A stretch of 63,669 bases of DNA, filler included, from Phoronis australis (GCA_002633005.1; 5 parts of 5 records of this genome joined end to end with filler, not necessarily neighbours in it); one strand, 5' to 3'; positions 36,714 to 51,032 are shown, counted from the whole stretch's first letter. Made by a program: numbers and translations. The notes: generated by a model from the sequence alone, not told the origin.

Positions 36714-37630
36714 GTAAGCCTCAATGCAGACTTTCCCTTGAACAGTGAGCACTGTGTGGTCATTATTTAAACTAGTGCAACTAACTCCACCTTGTCGAGG
36801 TGGAGTAAATAGTTCCAGGGTAACTTGCGCCACTTGTAATCACTGTGTGGCTGCAAACCTAGAGCAAGGCAGAAGTAATTATTAGATGCAGTTACATGTA
36901 GACATGCCTCCTTTTGTATGTTGTATTCACATTCAGCTGTTCATTGTCATGCATAGAGCAACAACTTCTGCCTCACCCTAGTTATCGGATGTGTGTGTGT
37001 GGATATTCCACTTATTGTAGGCAGTGTGTAGAGTGGACTTAAGATGCCCTTTCTGTTATCTGATGTGACTTAATGAAAACATCAGGGGCCATGGTCTAAT
37101 CTTTGTAATCAAAACTGAAGTCCAAATTACTTTTGAGGTTTTCTGTTCTGCCTTTATGAAAACTCATGACAAGTGTCTATTATTCTGTTGCTGAGTACAT
37201 TATTGTGTACGCGTATGAGTTTCTAGTACAATTTTGCACTCCATGACCTTCAGATTCGAGCTAAAAGCTGCAGGAAAAACTAGAGATTTCGAGTAAAAAC
37301 TGTAAATTTCGAGTTTAGACTCAAACTTTCAGCCTTAAATTGGGGTCCTCAAGTGTATACTAGGATTAGACTGTTATGCACATAAGCCATTGTATTAATG
37401 TACATGAGCATAAAATAATGGATACTTATCTTGAGTTCGATTTCAAATTGCAAGATTAGACCCCGGGCCCAGGAATGTATGAGCTACATGTGTGTAATTT
37501 TGAACAAGAGCATAATCATAGAAATGTGGCTGTTTGGTTTCGTGAGCAATTTGTACTCTTGGGTGTGTGCGCGTGCGTGTGCGCGTGCGTGTGTGGTATT
37601 GTTGTTTATCGTTAAGAGTGATAATTGTAG

Positions 37631-37812
37631 ATGGTAAAGCAGTCGGTGATATACTACTGCTTGGTACATTTGCATCCGACTACCAGTGGAATGATACTGT
37701 GGGTGAGGGAGGAGGCAAAACCAGGAACCAGTTGAGCAGGTATCACAGTCAGACGTATGTGAACGGGTCGTTGTGTGAACTGACGGGACGAGAGAGACAG
37801 GCCGAGGTCAGG
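37631..37812 (+). CDS. OS9: OS-9 exon (MRH domain)
   Basis: ttgtag|(D)GKAVGDILLLGTFASDYQWND...SRYHSQTYVNGSLCELTGRERQAEVR|gtgagt. Confidence 0.95.
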
Positions 37813-38887
37813 GTGAGTGTCTTTGGGTCAACCACGTGAGGAAACATTCAGGCGAAATGGTTCTCCAATAGCTGTGAAAACGCGATATTTGCTAAATTCA
37901 TCTTGCAACATTCATACTGCTTTGAGCATGTCTGATAGGTTGATTGGTAGGCCAAAGCATGTCTAATCAATAAGTTGGGCCTTGGTTCTCTAACTTCATT
38001 GTGGGAAGGCACTGAGAAGTTTTATATGGGATCATTATTCATTATTAGAAAAAACAATGCAGGTGGCCTGATGTCATTTGCTGTGCATCAGAGATGCACA
38101 GGCCTCATGGTTGGGCCCATTGCACCAAACACATGAGCTAAGAACACGAGAGCCCCGTTATGGTTCTTCGTGAAGGAAGTTTTCAAGTTTGCCTGTTTCC
38201 TTATTAGCACCAGTAATATAATTCAGAGCCATGCACTTCAGTTGGTGAAGCCTTGTTGTGTATGATGACCTTTTACCCCAAGCATAATACGTGGAGTTAT
38301 TTTCAGTATCGTTCATTTTAAATTGCTAATTAGGATCTTTGCATCATACAACATGTTTGTTGTGGTCGTCTCATTTTGAAGGTTAGCTGCTCAATATTTA
38401 TTCAGATGATTGTCTGCTCCACACCCTAGGATGAGTACAAACAATATGAGTGACTGTCAGACGCTTCATAAAGACATGATCAAAAAGGAATTAAGACTGA
38501 ACCAAATTAAATCCATGGTTTATGAACTTGGGAAGGATATGGATCGTTTATGCACTTTTTGGACTTATCGAAGTTTCCTAATGTGTTGCGCTATAAGTTT
38601 TTGTTCTCCAAAACTGAGCGTTTGTTTGCCATCTCATGCAAACAAAGCACGCGGCAGCTCACGGGCCTGTATTCACGGCAAGATGTGTGCACAGTAAGCC
38701 CGAGCAGAGTCTGACCCACGGTAATTGAATTTGAAATCCCAGCTTTGTGAGTACATTTTGGGACACTCTGTATATTGTGTAGTCACCCATATATCAAGCA
38801 ACCACAATAAAATGCTGACCATGCCAACATAGAAGTTTTCAAATACTGTGCTATATGTGTTCGTTATGGTTGCCTTCTTCATTGTAG

Positions 38888-39092
38888 TTTATCTGCGAAA
38901 ATGATGCAGGAGACTATATCGCGCGGATAGACGAGCCGGCCACATGCTCATACGTTCTGACCATTCACACGATGAAGATCTGCCACCACCCGTTCCTCAA
39001 ACCTCCTGGATCAGCCAAGCCTGTGCCCATCGTATGTAACCCTGTTCTGGGCGAGTCTGACTATGAGGAATATATGCAACAGCAACAGCAAG
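38888..39092 (+). CDS. OS9: OS-9 exon (end of MRH domain)
   Basis: ttgtag|FICENDAGDYIARIDEPATCSYVLTIHTMKICHHPFLKPP...IVCNPVLGESDYEEYMQQQQQ|gtaagt. The gene is truncated by contig ends on both sides. Confidence 0.95.
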
Positions 39093-39664
39093 GTAAGTAT
39101 TGGTGCACAGTCTAGGTATGGGTGAGTAGACAACTTTCCTGATTCGTGATTGGTCCATTTGGTTGTGTTGTCATGTAAAATGGGAAATGGCAAGTACCAA
39201 GAATACGTTTTGCAGCAGGGTAACTATAAGTGGCTTCCAGTCTAGTTGCCTGAGGGTAAGGAAATGTCTATAAAACTTTGGAACCAACTAATTCTTTGGA
39301 ATCTTTCCACTGAACAGCTCTTCTAGTAACAAATGCATTAAGCTAACTTTGAAGTAACAAGCCAATTGAAGTACCTTTCAAATTAGATAAACTATCCCGG
39401 TCTGTAAGTAACTGTGTAATTACTTCTTCTGGTTGTATTTTCCTCATGCCATGCCACTAGTTTGCAACTTTAGGAATGGAAACAAAGCTTGGTAAATCTA
39501 ACTGCAGTTATTACAAGGCCACGAAATAGTTTCCAGGCTCTGAGAGTACGGCGCTGTGGGAAATGTTACATGAATACCTTAAATAACGTTTTGGAAATTA
39601 AAAGGATACCAAACCCTGTTTTGATGATTTCAGCCGATCCTGGTTCAGTCACCTGCTAATGTAT

Positions 39665-39764
39665 NNNNNNNNNNNNNNNNNNNNNNNNNNNNNNNNNNNN
39701 NNNNNNNNTTAATTAATTAANNNNNNNNNNNNNNNNNNNNNNNNNNNNNNNNNNNNNNNNNNNN
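39665..39764. other. Artificial contig-joining linker
   Basis: 44 N + TTAATTAATTAA + 44 N. Confidence 0.97.
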
Positions 39765-41234
39765 TCGATGTAAAACCCTTAAAAATACACCGAGTTCTTA
39801 TAAAAACGTGTTGTTTTATTTCGCTGTTACGGATTTATTGGTATTTGGACACACCGTAGCCCACAAAGTTCGGCAGGCCAATTTACCAAGGTCCGTAGCA
39901 GGAGTTTGGGGTCTGTTCGGAGATAAATTTTAAGTATTCTTACCTGAAATACAGACAAGAGATCCTAGATCTGTGTTGTTTAAGACTTGTGATTTTTTGA
40001 GTTCTAAACACAAAATGCTTGTTATCCGGCTGCCCAGTGGCTCGGAGCTCGATCAGGCCCGTCGCGGCCGGCCGGATTGACTCGTTATCCCGCGGGCCAG
40101 TGGCTCGGAAACTGATCCGACATCACGAACATAAACCAGCCAAAGTTCAGTGGAAACTAAAGTTCCAGTCAAGAAAATACTATACTAGTGAGCCAAAGTA
40201 ATGTGCACGTGATTATGTTGTGAATTAGCCACGAAACTGCAAATCTACTTACTCGCCGGGGGTCGCGAATTTACTCGGGTTCCGCTTTGGCCACAGCACC
40301 GTCAGGGCAGAAGTTGTACATTGACAATCATTATTTGATTAATGTCAATGTAAATAAAGATTCCCTTAACTGACCATGGGATGGAAATCGAGTTGTTTCA
40401 CAACAGTTTCTGCCAGCAAACACTAAATTAGCATGAGCTCACATGGCCTCGGTGTCCCGTCAATTCTGATCAGTGCACCAAAACTTTTGAGCGACCGTAA
40501 CGCAGTACGTGATTTATTCATTGCTGGCTTCTCAAATCATTTGCACTCACGAACACTCCAAAGGCATTACATATTGCATCTAATGAGACAGACTTTGTTT
40601 CAGTTTTATATAAGTATTGGTTAGGGCGAGAATAATTTATTTTGAAACAGAACGCTCAGTAATAAACGCCAACATGGCAACTCGTAATCCCGACTTAGGA
40701 CGAGCTAGAGCTCATCAGTCCCGACTTCGCAGGTGGATCGTTAAGTTTTACCAGGGTATCAATTCGAACAGGAATACAGTGATGAAGAATTACTAGAGAG
40801 GCGCCGTGAACAAGCTCAGACAACGGAACGGATGGAGTTGTTTTGTAAGCCTGCATTCGTCAGACACTGTCGACGTCTGTAGGCCAAGGACACGGAGATG
40901 TTTCACGGCCTCATACTTGCTATTTACTGCGTACATTTCATTCTTCACTACCATGAGCCACTTCCTAAGCATTTCGGACTCTCGAGGAAGTAAAAAAACT
41001 ATATACCCGCTTTCCTCGCAGCTGCTTAGTATGTACAAGCGGGAACGATGCACCGCAACATATCGGCGTTCACTCTGCATATGAACCACTGACGTCGCTA
41101 ACGTCGTTTGTCACCTTCCTCACAGCTTAACGCGACACCTCTTGGCGAGGTAAGGTCGACCGTATGCGAGGCGATGTGGATATAAACCGATTAAGACGGC
41201 AAAAAAGACCAATTAAATCGGGTGGCATTCTCCT
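39765..41234 (-). mobile_element. Non-autonomous DNA element with decayed THAP domain, copy A (Kolobok-like)
   Basis: Inverse homolog of 55031-56493; THAP-like FLLPRESEMLRKW...HLRV; ends in ggtggcattctcct|TTAA. Confidence 0.7.
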
Positions 41235-44200
41235 TTAATTACATTGTCTGGCCCCTCATGTATGCTATGAAATAAGAAGACTTAACTTAACTTGACATAG
41301 AATTATAATAACATTCCTATGAACTTGTAATGTTGTTGTAAAATGCTTCACAAGGGCAGTTTGCCTGAACAGTACCCTGTGTACTTTTGTCAGGTTGAAC
41401 GTTTGGTCCGCATCAAATGCATGCCCTGAAGATAAAAGAATGTTTAGATATCATGCCTACACATAAGCCTTGGCTTACTTGACCAATCTGCATATCAGCC
41501 TTTATTACCGTAATAGGTTATTGACATTATTGGTGACGTTGAAGATGATAACTAACTCAGAACAGTTTGCCATGTAATTGGTGTTGTAGAAATGAGGCTT
41601 CACACAGATGTGACGAATGGAAGGGTATTTTTGGCCACGTTAATTGTGCAAAAATTAATTTTCAGGAACATCGTAAATTAACTTGGCTATACATGTAGAA
41701 TGCATTACTCTGATGCCTCCATAATTATATTAAAATAACTTGAATATCTGATGTGTCTAAACTAAGTTATGACAGATATCGGAATAGTTACATCAAATAC
41801 AATCTACTAAGAACTAATTTCCCCTTAAATCTTTTTTGTATGACTTTCACATTTATGGAGAACAAAAGAAGACAGATAGGTAGTTAAATTTTAGTTTTAT
41901 TCTTTTCAAACATTTTCAGGATTACAATACTATGCCAGTGTCTTTCTGGACGTATTAGAAACCTTACAATTGAGAACAACAAAAATGATGTATACCAAAC
42001 GGTATTACTTCTTATAAGCACGGTCTTGGCAATAATCAGCGAGTCTATCACGTTTCGGCTTCTCCATCACTAACATTGCAGAATTGTTGATATTGCATAG
42101 GCAGATTTAGCGAAACACTTCCTACTTGACAGTATCCTATATTCTCCTATGCGATGTTCAATGTATTGATCATATCTGACCTAAGCTCAAGATAAGCAGG
42201 ACATTGTGGTAAACCATGAATGTTGTCTCCAACTACCTCACATTGGCCCTGACAACACACTCTATCCTTATAGATTATTCCTCATCAATAGCTAAATGTG
42301 CAAGTCTGGCCTGCACGCTGCCAAAACATTTCGTCCTTTCATCCTTGTTCAGGTCCCATATCAAACATGAGGTATCTCCACAATATGTTGAAAGTTGGAC
42401 TGTTTCCAGTCCCTTATCACTCAACTACTGGCCTTTGTCAAAAATGTTTTCATTCATGACCACCCTGTGTTAATTTCAGTTTACTGGAGTCCACCGCATG
42501 TCATTAAAATGAACAACACCGCAATATCTACATCAAACAGAATTCGTTTTTTATAAGAAGCTGACCCAACCCACCCTGCTGTTTAATGTGCATCGTAATA
42601 AGATGTTGGCAGGACTGAGGCCCTTTCAGAATATTGAGCACAGTGTGAGGTTTACCTGGCAAAGTTTTTCTAACGTTGTTCTGGTTCCAGTTAATTTAGT
42701 CAAAATATTAATGATTGTACATAAACATGCCATTAACGTTTTCTTGCAGTGTCGGCTGGACGCCACGACATTCCAAATGAAATTGTACTCGGGGCAGCCT
42801 TTGTCGTGATGGCGAAGGCCTACACGACCTTTTAAAGGTTTGACGTCATCAGAGGCAGGTTCTGCGCCACTTTTTTATTTTGAACATTCCTGCTGATTTC
42901 CTAGGCCATAACCGTCGCGAAGACAGAAAACAATGTACCCCAAAGTTAAAACGGTATTATTTTTTACAATTGTCCGCAAAATGTTCCAGTTGCGTGATCA
43001 ATTGATAACTTAGCATTTGTTTTGGTGAACCAGGTTTTATTCATAAGGTGCCTGATGTTCAATGGTTACTTCATTGGTGAACGTGTTAATTAATTATTAC
43101 AATTGATTGTGTTTTGCTTGTTATTTATTTGGTCATTACAACTCATTTATAGTCCGCAACTGTCACGAAGACAGGCAGTAAAGTACGTTTATGTTAAGGC
43201 AGTATTATATTCTAGTGCTCAGCAAAATACCTACTGTTTTGTGAACTAATATTTAGTTTTAGTGAACCGTATTGTGTTTTTACATACGTCGGGTTTTTGT
43301 TGATATAATGTTCGTTTATTGTTTGTTTGATGAAGGTGTTTTTGATTTCGAAATTTACTCTGTTTATTTCGTTTGTTTTTCATGTACACAATGCATTTGA
43401 TTTACAGTATCACAGTAACACAACAATGAAATACTCTTTTATTAAAACCGCATCGTTTTCTGGTGGTAAGAAAAATACATAGTGTTTTGAGAACCACACA
43501 TTTGTTTTTCGTGAACGGGTTTTGCTTTTCACATCCGTGTTGTATTTTGTTAGTATGATGCTCAAATGTTACTTGTTTGATGAACATGTTTAATTGTTAT
43601 TAGAATTTACTCTAATTGTTTTGCTTGTTCTTTTAGTTTTTCGGGTAATTCTTGTTTTTCTCATTAAGTTGGCTTGTCTTGAAATTCTATTGTTAGAACT
43701 TTTACTAGACTGTTTCTTGTAATTTGCTGTTTATGCTGATATTCCTTCAAGTGTTGCACCCACTGTTATGTTAATGTGTTGTTATAAAAGTATATGGAAA
43801 CACCATTTTAAAGTGGTTTTGCGAAGCTTTAGATTTCATGAAGATATTGCGTATAACACACCCAGACAATACGTTGAATATTTAACTGAGGTACAAACAC
43901 TGAGCTATATAACTGTTGAAGCTCATGGATACAATGAAACTTTATTAAAACTGTGCTCAATTTCAGTCAATATATACAGTGGAATAAGTGCGCCTTACAT
44001 TTCTTTTTCCGAAATCGGCCACTTTTTGACTTCCTCGCAGGATTTTAAAAGTGTTAGCTGATGATTTTCCTGCTTAATATTACGGTATCGCTAGTTAACA
44101 AAAATGCTTTGTTTAAAAATTCTCGCTGTGTTAGAAAGAAAATCTATGAGGTTTGAGTTTTCTTTTTCGGAAGCGTCTCTGTTGGAAAGGCCGTCACCAA

Positions 44201-47075
44201 CACGCACGGTCTGTTTACGTACAACCCTCAATGCAGCGAGCTGCAACAAACTGTAGTTGTCAGCTCGTCTCATTGATCGAATCAAATGTCCCCTAAGTGT
44301 TTACATAATGCAAATCTACTCTGCCGAATGGATCAGCTAACCATGGAATCGTTTCAAAGGGATTTTTCCTAGCAATGTACATTTCAGACCGGACATTTAG
44401 CCTAACATGACAATGTAAAAGTATTGTGAACGACATGAGCACATTTGATTCGACTAGTTTCTGAAACTATTTATGTCCTTGAGTTGACAATCGCTACCTG
44501 TTTAGATATTTCAAGAGGGCACCATTTTAATAATGGTGTGTTCTGTCGAGTGGCTACATTGTGAGCAACATCGAACCCTCTTTTATATCATTGCATGCCT
44601 CCACCCTGAATTCAATGTAGCAAAAACCAAATGATGGCTTCAGTTGAAAGTGTCTGGCGTCCACGGACTTGGGTGTGACGAAAGAACGTATCCAGCGCGT
44701 TTGCGGCGTGTCCACAAAAAGCGAGCTTTTTCTTTAATGTCGTACCATGTATGCGCTTCTCCGGTGTCCCGAAAGTGAATAGAGCAACAGCTTGATCAGT
44801 TACTGAGTTGTCACAACCACCACACACGCAGTGCCATTGTTAGTAGCACATGCCGGCCATAATACAGTGTGTACACTTGAAAACGAGCAGCAGTATCGCA
44901 CGACTTATCATGCTAAACACAGTGCATGATGAATAATGATGTGATTGGTTGTATCTATTCTGCGTGATGTGTATCGACCAAAAAGTCCTAATTCTTTGAG
45001 ATCTGCGAGTTGAAAGGAAAACCAAACTTGATTTTGGCATAACAGGTACTAAAATGACTTTCCAATCCCTGATTCAGAAACAAAATAATTCTCTGTAGTG
45101 ATCGGCAACCCTCAACAGTTTAGGAATGAATTTGAGAACTCAGTACTGACAACTTCGGCAAGCTTGACTGACATTTTAGACGACTTACATGTACTTATGA
45201 GAAAAACATCCATAGGAACCGTAATATTTCATCTAGGAAACGAGGAGTATAATGCTCTTACTACTCATGTGGGACGCCAAGGATACTTTCGCAGGTGATA
45301 GAACGAGAATTGGTTGAAGTCAACAAAACAGGGATAGTTTTTGCGGGTGATAAAATTGGACTGCCGATGCGGATGTTTTGGTATTTTGATACAATTCTAG
45401 ATTTTAAGCACTTCAATGACGTCAAGAAATATCTGAGATGTTGTGCTACAATGTAAATACTAAGAATTAAGCCCAAAAAGCCCTAGGAAGCATTATACCT
45501 GGGAGTCAAACATAGTACACTCATGCACATACTCACATGCAATCTATATATAGATACAAACATAGATGTACATATATATTCGGTGTAATTTTGTAATTAC
45601 AGGCATTTAACGCCGCATAATGCGGGAATGTAGACGTTGGTGCCTATACATTTTCGTGATGGAGTAAATTCGAATTTCGCATGTACGGCTTCCGAATTTT
45701 GCCTTAAGCTCATCATTCGGGTTACCTAAAACAATGATTCAAGGCGTCACTTGTGAAAAAGCAGTTTTACTGGTATAAAAACTAAAAACTTTCAGTTGAT
45801 GAAAATTCCGACGCAAAGTTATAAGACGACTTTTATAAGCCATGCTAGTTTTAATCAACATGCAGGAATTCGGGCATAGTCAATTGCTTTGTTTATAGCG
45901 TCCCCAACAGAGCCTGACAAAATCTAGTTCAATGGATACATACAGAACATATAACTGAGAAATCAGAAATTTCCATGAATTTGTGACCTACTATCGAGTG
46001 TTTGCTGTTTTATCCACTGCAATTTGCCAGTGCTTTGGTCAACAGGGGGTGGGGGTACTTCCTATTTCCATTCAAGAATCAACGACTAAGTTACACTGTA
46101 CACCTAGAAAACTAAGAATTCCATCGAATCTAAAACGAAACAATTCTTCAGGTAATGTTTTATTTTTTATATTCAGAATAAATTTCTCGAAGCTCAGACC
46201 TCAGATACTTGAGGTCGCCGCGGCACCATGTTCACGTCTTCCCGAACAGGACATCCACATCCGGATTCCCGCGAATTTCGGGCCGCCTACAAACATACAA
46301 ACATAGAACCCCGCTTTGCCCGATTCCCCGAGACAACTTGTTGCACNCTTATGGCATCCTAGATCCGCCACTGTATTATCATTGAATAGTTCAATAATTA
46401 TCAATTTGCATAATTCATCAACTGATAATTCTTAAAAATTTATTGCCGGTACGAAATAAAACTTCTAGTTATTTAAAATCACGAGTATTCTGATCGCTTT
46501 AAAAACGGTGCGACTGTGCTCGACATGTATTATGCGACGTCGAAGAACAAAAAGGCCAAAGCACGTGTCAGCAAGGCATTGCCAAAAATATCGTGGGCGG
46601 CGCACCTTAACCTGTTGGGGGCTATAACCCCACTTTTTGCGCCCAAAAATTATTATGACTACGTTTACAACAGAGAACAATTTGTGCATTTCAAACGTAT
46701 TTCTCACTTTTAAGTGAGAAATACGTTTGAAGACTTAAAAGTCTTCAAACCTGTAATTCAGAATAAAATTTAGGTGAAAAAATAATCATACAGCAAAAGT
46801 CATACAAATAAATAAAGTATTTATAATCTTTTGATCTTTCATCCAACGACCAACAGTGGATCTTATCGAACGAACGAAAGTACTTCTCAGGGTACACACG
46901 CGGGCTTGTGGTCTTTTAGACCGGCAGCCCAGAGCACTTAGCATAGATGAACGTGGTACCAACATCTGACCACGGGAGCATTTAAAGTCCACCTCAGTAT
47001 GTACAGAAATGGACGTCTGCCGTTGTCTGCACTCTGGGTGTGACCCCTGGGGGCCTTACAAACAGCCCAAAAAAT

Positions 47076-47990
47076 GAGCTAGACTAGATATTCGAGGTAC
47101 CAACCAAAACTGCTTTAAAACGAACAATAGTACCGCACTGAACACCAAATGACCTATGACAGACAAATTGCACTCTGGAATGGGTCCGGCAGAAACCAAA
47201 AAAGGACCCCCCCAAAAATGAGCTAGCACATAAATTCGAGGTACCACACAAAACCAATTCCATGTGATTCAATAGATGTCACAGATCACTAAAACCCCTA
47301 TGACAGACAAAATACACTCTGGGTTGTGCCCGGCAGAAACCCCCAAAAATCTCAACCATGGTATGCCATCAAAAATTTGAGCTAGACTAGATTTTCGAGG
47401 TACCGGATAAAACTGATTTTAAACGAAGAATAGTACCGCACTGAACACCAAATGACCTATGACAGACAAATTGCACTCTGGAATGGGTCCGGCAGAAACC
47501 AAAAAAGGACCCCCCAAAAATGAGCTGGCACATCAATTCGAGGTACCACACAAAACCAATTCCATGTGATTCAATACATGTCACAGATCACGAAAACCAC
47601 TATGACAGACAAAATACACTCCGGGTTGTGCCCGGCAGAAACCCCCAAAAATCTCAACCATGGTGTGCCATCAAAAATTTGAGCTAGACTAGATTTTCGA
47701 GGTACCGGCCAAAACTGATTTTAAACGAACAATAGTACCGCACTGAACACCCAATGACCCATGACAGACAAATTGCACTCTGGAATGGGTCCGGCAGAAA
47801 ACAAAAAGGACCCCCCAAAAATGAGCTAGCACATACATTCGAAGTACTACACAAAACCAATTCCATATGATTCAATACATGTCACAGATCACTAAATACC
47901 CTATGACAGACAAATTACACTCTGGATTGTGCCCGGCAGAAACCCCCAAAAGTCTCAACCACGGTATGCCATCAAAAATTTGAGCTAGGC
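47076..47990. repeat. Satellite with a ~302-bp unit x3, each unit a dimer of related ~144 and ~159 bp subunits
   Basis: Units start at 47076, 47379, 47681 and 47982. Both subunits share gagctag..ttcgaggtacc..atgacagacaaa..cactct..ccggcagaaac. Confidence 0.93.
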
Positions 47991-48259
47991 TAGGGTTCGC
48001 CTTAGAGAAACAAAAAGTCCGAGAAACGAGACAAAAGTTCACAGGAATCTGGCGCGAGTGCAAATTTCATAGGTCTGAACGTAGTATCCGTTTTTCCTTT
48101 TTTGTCCCCGTGTGTGTGTTTTTTTTCAGTAAACGTCCACTTACTGAAAAATTCGGGCCTCCTATATTTTAGGCTGGGTGTGCGCATGCAAGGTATTGCA
48201 GAAAGAGGGAAAACCGATGAACTAAGAATTGAATTTCATGCAACTACTGACGCAAGAAA

Positions 48260-48990
48260 GATGATCATAATTTGCAGAAATGGATTGACAGTAGAAAGGG
48301 TGATCAATATCTCTGCCACGACGTTGAAAATGAGATTATTGACTTGATGGTGTCACTTGTTATACGGGATTTGGGGACAGACATTGGGGATGGGTTTTTC
48401 TGCGGCGAATGTACCGACATTAGCAACAGCTTTCCGTGTGCATTCATTCGGTGGACAATCAACTTGAATGTCATGAAGATTTTGTAAGGTTTTTTACCTA
48501 CCAGATATTGCTGCTGGAACAATATCGCATGCGTTTTAAATGTAGATTGCCAGTACTTAAACTATCACTTACCAAATGCGAAGGACAATACTACGATGGT
48601 GCGAGTACGACGTTAGCGAAAAACAGAACGGCCGAAAGCATTCCCAACTCATCAGCATAGCCACTAGCTCAGCTTAGGCGTTAAAGATGAGAAAAAAATG
48701 TTGTTTAACTGAAAAATCAGAGGGAATAATTAAAGAAATCCTGACTTCGGTCAAGTATTCTGCGAAATGTGAACAGCTATTTGGGAAAATTAAAGACAAG
48801 GTCGAGGATGACGAGGACAATCTCTCACCAACTGGACTCTTGAAACTCTGTCCAACGAGATGGACAATTAAAGCCTTATGCTACAAGCGCGTTTTGGACA
48901 ATTATCCGGCCTCTTACTATGTAACCACCTGCTACAATTAATGTCGATGGAGTGTTTCTTGGTGTCTTTGCAGCTCATGGTTCTACAGAC
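48260..48990 (+). pseudogene. hAT-family (ZMYM1/DUF4371-like) transposase relic
   Basis: Frameshifted pieces YLCHDVENEIIDLM, ECTDISN, IRW/VDNQLECHEDF, GQYYDGAST, KYSAK, LLKLCPTRW. Confidence 0.85.
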
Positions 48991-49082
48991 TACTCAAGTG
49001 GAAAAACTTTAACATCACTTTGTCACATGTTACACCTGATGATAAAGGCCGGTACCGTGGGCGCTACCAGCGGCACAATTAA

Positions 49083-51032
49083 CCCATTTATGCCCAACTA
49101 CGCGTTTTCACTGCATATTCAGATATTATGTGCCTTTAGACATACAATGAACATAATGAATAAGGAAAGATGGAAAGAAGGTTTTATTTTACGTTTTTTT
49201 GACGTTTTTATTTTCGTCCCACAAAAGGGACGCTGGGCACATGTGGGGTCTATAAACCACCAACAGAAATGCCTACTAAAACCAGTAAAAATGAAAGATG
49301 TAGTATGATATTGATTGTTTTTAGATGCTAAGATATTGTAGAAAGTAAAATAAAAGACAACAATTAATGAGAATATTGTGTCAAGTATCTTTATTGTGCA
49401 ACATGAAATGCCAAAAAGCATTTGTCGTGAAGGCTAACATCGCATTTCACACAAAAACGCTTTGTCTTCATTTTACAAACTGCACATCGCCTCTGGGTGT
49501 CTCTTGTGTTAATGAAGTGGTCCACTCTGTCAAATCTGACATCAGGCAATACTTTCTTTGAGCAAGGCACGGCTTTAGGAACATACTGAGTAACTCGTTT
49601 CCCCTTCATAAGCAACACGTTAGCAATTTCGCGCCGAACCTCCAGGAGATCTTTGTGCTGCTCCTTTCCACTTTCGGTTGCTCTGTAGAGGTGCCATGCT
49701 TGCTGTACACAAAGATCTAGACAATACGCGAAAATCGGCCACCACCATTTCTTTGATCGTATCGAGACCCTGTACTTATCTATGTTTTGATCCATTCTGT
49801 CAACGCCACCCATGGTTTGGTTGTAGTGACTTATCACAAAGGGTTGGTCAATCCGTATGCGCTGGCTCTCTGCGCGAGACCATCTTTTTGCCCTTTGTAA
49901 GGGGGCAACTCCGTGAAGATTGGACACTATGTTGACAATGCTGTTGTCATTCCACCTGACAACACAAAGATTATTTGCTGCATCGTATGAGTNTGCTGTT
50001 GTCATTCCACCTGACAACACAAAGATTATTTGCTGCATCGTATGAGTAGTCATATGTACCACGAGGTGTGTTCTGGAACTCCTTCACTGCTGTCAGGGGA
50101 CAGTCTACCAGACGATTTGCACGGATTGTGCCTTTGCAGGCAATGCCTTGTCTCGAGAGCTCGTCAACCAAGTCCAGTGAGGTGAACAAGTTGTCAAAGG
50201 TCAGGTGGTATGGTCTTTCCTTTGGTAGCTCAGCCAATAGATCAAGCACGACTCCACTCCCCATACCGAACCCTGCGGTATCACCCGTCGGCTGACCTCG
50301 TTTTCCTTGATATGGTTCAAACTGAACCACGTATCCTAAAGCAGTGGTCAACGCCCAGATTTTGAATCCGAATCTGATGGGTTTGCCGCGAATAAACTGT
50401 TTGGCCCCGAGTCGCCTGTAGTAGGGGATCATCGACTCGTCAATTGACAAGTTTTGCTCTCGGCTGAAATAGATGAGACATTTCTCATTGATAGCCGCCA
50501 TCAGAGGTCTCACCTTTCCCATTTTGTCAGCGCCATCCAGGCGATTATTGTCTACTAAATGCAAGTAACGCATTATTGTCTCGAACCTGTTGCGAGACAT
50601 AGTGTTGGCTACTGCTGTGTTGTGCAAATCATCGTCAAGAGACCAATACATTCTGCGCCTACATGTAGGTGTCGATGAGTATCCGGATACCAGGAGTATG
50701 CCAATGAATGATTTCATCTCATCTTGGGTAACAGTGAAATCATGAACACCTTTAGTTCCAGCATAGCGCACCGTCTCTGACACAATCATATCAAGTACAT
50801 CATCGGAAAGAAACAACTCGAGCAATCCTGCTGGAGTCTGTGGCAAGTTGTCAAAGTTTGCTGTTGGTTGTTGACGCCACAGAAATTTTTCATGGGCTGT
50901 GATGTCCTGTTTGACCCAGGTTCTTGCAGTCTTTTGCTTTTTTGCCTTTTTGGTATTACTGTTTGTTCTTTGTTGTTTGGGTGGAGGTGGTTCATCATCA
51001 GAGCTGTCACTACTGTCTTCCATTCGTTGACG
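49083..51032 (-). mobile_element. piggyBac transposon (3' end present; 5' end cut off by the contig boundary)
   Basis: TTAA at 49079-49082 followed by a CCCATTTATGCC terminus; encodes a PGBD-type transposase. Confidence 0.92.
49391..51023 (-). CDS. piggyBac (PGBD2/3-like) DDD transposase, probably one ORF broken by an assembly duplication
   Basis: MSRNRF, SIDESM, KPIRFGFKIW, FDNLFTS, GTIRANR, WNDN, YNQTMGGVDRMDQ, KKWWW, and a C-terminal Cys-rich domain CAVC...CVKCDVSLHDKCF..H. Confidence 0.9.

Noticed and set aside
45098-45450. Possible exons after ctctgtag and tttcatctag acceptors
   Set aside because: No recognisable product and ambiguous frames.
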